Part shown: positions 61,303 through 64,000 of the stretch, in pieces
How positions within the stretch are numbered: position 1 is the stretch's first letter
Layout of the letters: each line of letters starts with the position of its first letter
Assembly: GCF_001194135.2 (NCBI RefSeq)
Contig: NC_069002.1
Span: forward strand, 30,749,039-30,813,038
Source of the DNA: Octopus bimaculoides
Taxonomy: Eukaryota
DNA length: 64,000 bases
Direction of reading: 5' to 3'
Position numbers and translations under genes: made by a program
The notes under the pieces: model-generated
The model's database searches: none
Seen by the model: the letters and a program-made list of their open reading frames with translations, nothing else
What the model was told of the DNA's origin: nothing

Positions 61303-63435
61303 TAGTGTAACGCGTAAATTGTTGCTATTTTATATTTTGAACTTTACGCATGTGCATTGCTTGTTTTTGAATCTGTCAACTACACAGTATAGTAGGGTCA
61401 GTTGGGCACTGTCTGTGAGAAAAACAGCACCATGACACAATTCATTCTGCCAGAAATTTGGAAACGACATGCTGTACTGCTTAGTATTTGTGCCAGAAGG
61501 TCTAATAGGAACATTTTAGAGTGATGGGTGTCAATCTGAGTCCCAAAAACATGTACCGAGAGTGATAAAAATCAAACATCCAGTCAACATCATGGTGTTT
61601 GAAGTGATCACTAGTGATGGCGATGTTATGCCTCCATTCATCTTCTCATGTGGCCTCAGTCTCAACATAAAGTCCTACATCAAGTGCCTGGAGGAGGTAG
61701 TGCTGCCCTGGGTGAAGAGGGTGGCTACTGAAAGACCCTATGTCTGGCAGCAGGACCCTGCACCATGCCACACAAGCAGGAGAACCCAGTCATGGCTGTC
61801 AGACAATTTCTGAGACCACATCGCCCCTAACATCTGGCCATCTAACTCCTCAGACAGCAACCCCCTTGGTTATTGGGCACACAGTTGAGCAAGAGACCAG
61901 CAAAACTCCTTGTAACACCAAAGATGATCTGAAGGCAAGGATTATGGCAGCATTCACCAACTTAAACAAGGAGACCATCCAAAAGAGTTGTAGGTGATTC
62001 CGAAGTCGTCTGGAGGCTGTGGTTGAAGCCAAAGGCGATTTTACTGAATAAATTTACTCTTTAGCATTTCAAGATATTTTTATGTAATTTTGGTAAATAC
62101 AGGGTGAGTAAGGTATCTGAGGACATAGCTTTTTGGGGGGGTCATTGCTGCATTTTTTTGTTAACTCTGTAAAATCTTTGTTTCAGAAAATAATAATAGC
62201 AGACCCTCAGCTTACTCAAGAAATGAAGGGGCATGCTGTTATTGTGGTTATAAAGGCTGAGCATAGTGATTTAGGAATACCTCAAGTTTTAAAAGTTGCC
62301 AGATCTTTTGTCTACAAAGTTTATAAGGAGCTAGAGACTGAAGATGGAAACATATCACCAGTATCAAAGCATGAAAAGAATTCTAAACACTCTGAAATCA
62401 TCAGAATACCTGGATTTATCCAGCAAGTTCAACAGACTATTGATTACAATCTCAGAAAGTCCATGAGGTCAATTGCAAAAGATCCCCATGTGTCAGAAGG
62501 AACCGTCAGAAATGTTGTCCATAAAGACATCAGATATAATTCCTATATGATGAGGAAAGGTCAATTTCTCAGAAAAAGCAAAAGAAAATCACTACGTCTG
62601 ATCTAAAAGACACTTAAACAAGCTGAAAAATCCAGCAGAAGAAGATTTGATTTGTTTTCCTCATACAAGAAAAACTTCGACCAAGATCAAAAAGTTAACA
62701 GAAAAAATGACAGATGGTTATGTGCCGACCCTTCTGAAGTTCCAAGTGTTATGCATACAAAATTTCCTGCAACTGTCAGGGTTTTAGGGGGTAAGCAATG
62801 AAGGATATGTGATGCCTCCTTACTTCTTTCCAGAAGGCCTTAGAGTTAATTCTGCTGTCTACATTGAGGTCCTGGAAATAATTGTTAAGCCCTGGATAGA
62901 CAGTGTATGCAAAGGAAGGTCCTATGTGTTTCAGTAAGACTCTGCACTATCACACATGGCTCTAGTAACACAGGAGTAGATGGCTGAAAATGTTCATGAT
63001 CACATAACCCCTAACATGTGGCCTCCTAATTCCCCAGATCTCAATCCATTGGACTATTACATGCAGAGCATTTTTGAGAGAGAAATCATAATACCAAAGA
63101 TTCTTTGAAAGCTTCCATAACCAGAGTAATGTCCAAAATGAACCAAGGTCACTTGATTCGAGCATGTAGATGATTTAGATCTCATATAGAAGCAGTTGTT
63201 GAAGCTGAAGGTGGCTTTATTGAATAACGTTATAGAAAAGAAGGTTTATATTTATCCTCATAGTATTTTTTGATAAATAAAGTTATTATCTGTTATCATA
63301 TATGGGTTTTTTTTTATATATAAACATAAATATGTCCTCAAATATCTTATGCACACTATACATCTGTTAAAATGAGATGTCAGTGTTATTTTCATTTTTG
63401 CATAATTTAGACAACAGTTTGTTCTCCGCACCCTG
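61303..63435 (+). mobile_element. Host maT-like Tc1/mariner element, internally deleted and split by a second element
   Basis: N-terminus MTQFILPEIWKRHAVLL at about 61431; catalytic part VWQQDPAPCH...LSDNF*DHIAPNIWPSNSSD at 61560-61860; right end ...gcaccctg|ta at 63435. The left end is degenerate. Confidence 0.75.
62100..63358 (+). mobile_element. DD37D (maT) Tc1/mariner transposon, near full length, transposase pseudogene
   Basis: 28-bp TIRs (22 of 28 match) flanked by TA; HTH-type N-terminus in ORF 62133-62606. FQ*DSA...WPPNSPDLNPLDY has 37 residues between the second and third Asp; multiple stops and frameshifts. Confidence 0.9.
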
Positions 63436-63449
63436 TATGTGTGTATGAT

Positions 63450-63845
63450 GCTGTGTGGTAAGAAGGTTGCTTTCCAACCACATGGTTCCGGGTTTAGTCC
63501 CACTGCATGGCACATTGGGCAAGAGTCTACTACTAGAGCCTCAGGTTGACCAAAGCCTTGTCGGTAGATATGGTGAACGGAATGTGAAAGAAGCCCATCG
63601 TGTGTGTATATATATGTGTGTGTGTGTGTGTATGTGTGTCCCACCACTACTTCACAACTTGTGTTAATGTGCTTACGGCCCCATAACTTAGCAGTTTGAC
63701 AAAAGAAACTGATAGAATAAGTCTTAACCAGGCTTAAAACAAAAAAAACAATCAAGAACTGGGGTTGATACATTTAACTAAAAATTCTTCGAGGTAGTGC
63801 CCCAGCATGGCCGCAGTATAAATGACTGAAACAAGTAAAAGATAA
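63450..63845 (+). mobile_element. Family-A SINE
   Basis: Head, microsatellite and tail as in the other copies. Confidence 0.82.
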
Positions 63846-63948
63846 AAAATAAGATAAGATAATATATACTTGTTAATATTTAGCAGAAGTAATGGAATGA
63901 CTCAAGGTCTGGGAGTTTCATGCGTTGGCACTTATGAAACATTTGTCA

Positions 63949-64000
<52 letters not shown>

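Noticed and set aside
1-64000. CRISPR arrays, operons or other prokaryotic systems
   Set aside because: None seen. The regular repeats are microsatellites, minisatellites and SINEs in intron-rich eukaryotic DNA.

Overview
AT-rich, microsatellite- and SINE-dense eukaryotic DNA with many N gaps. The repeat repertoire points to an octopus genome (inference, not verified). One gene is recognisable: the 3' end of a spectraplakin (MACF1/dystonin/Drosophila shot orthologue) on the + strand. I traced 13 coding exons from 13952 to 42852, all with GT-AG junctions and consistent phases (2002 nt, about 666 aa plus stop). They encode the last spectrin repeats, an EF-hand pair, a GAS2/GAR domain and a basic Ser/Thr/Pro-rich tail. 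No upstream exon was recognised in 1-13951 and no second gene in 43-64 kb. The rest is a transposon mosaic: at least four tRNA-headed SINE types, RTE/CR1-like/CRE-like LINE fragments, two nested DD37D (maT) Tc1/mariner elements, a deleted FLYWCH Mutator-like element, several MITEs and a Helentron-like element. The most interesting observations are (i) two families of minimal hammerhead-ribozyme-like remnants, (ii) a probable exon hidden in the 32.1-32.9 kb gap plus candidate alternative exons after the GAR domain, (iii) a degenerate second EF-hand and a tail with no canonical SxIP motif, and (iv) inverted SINEs flanking exons 9-10, which could support circRNA formation or ADAR editing. I found no clear evidence of a wholly new system. 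Repeat boundaries are approximate and family names come from memory, not from database searches.
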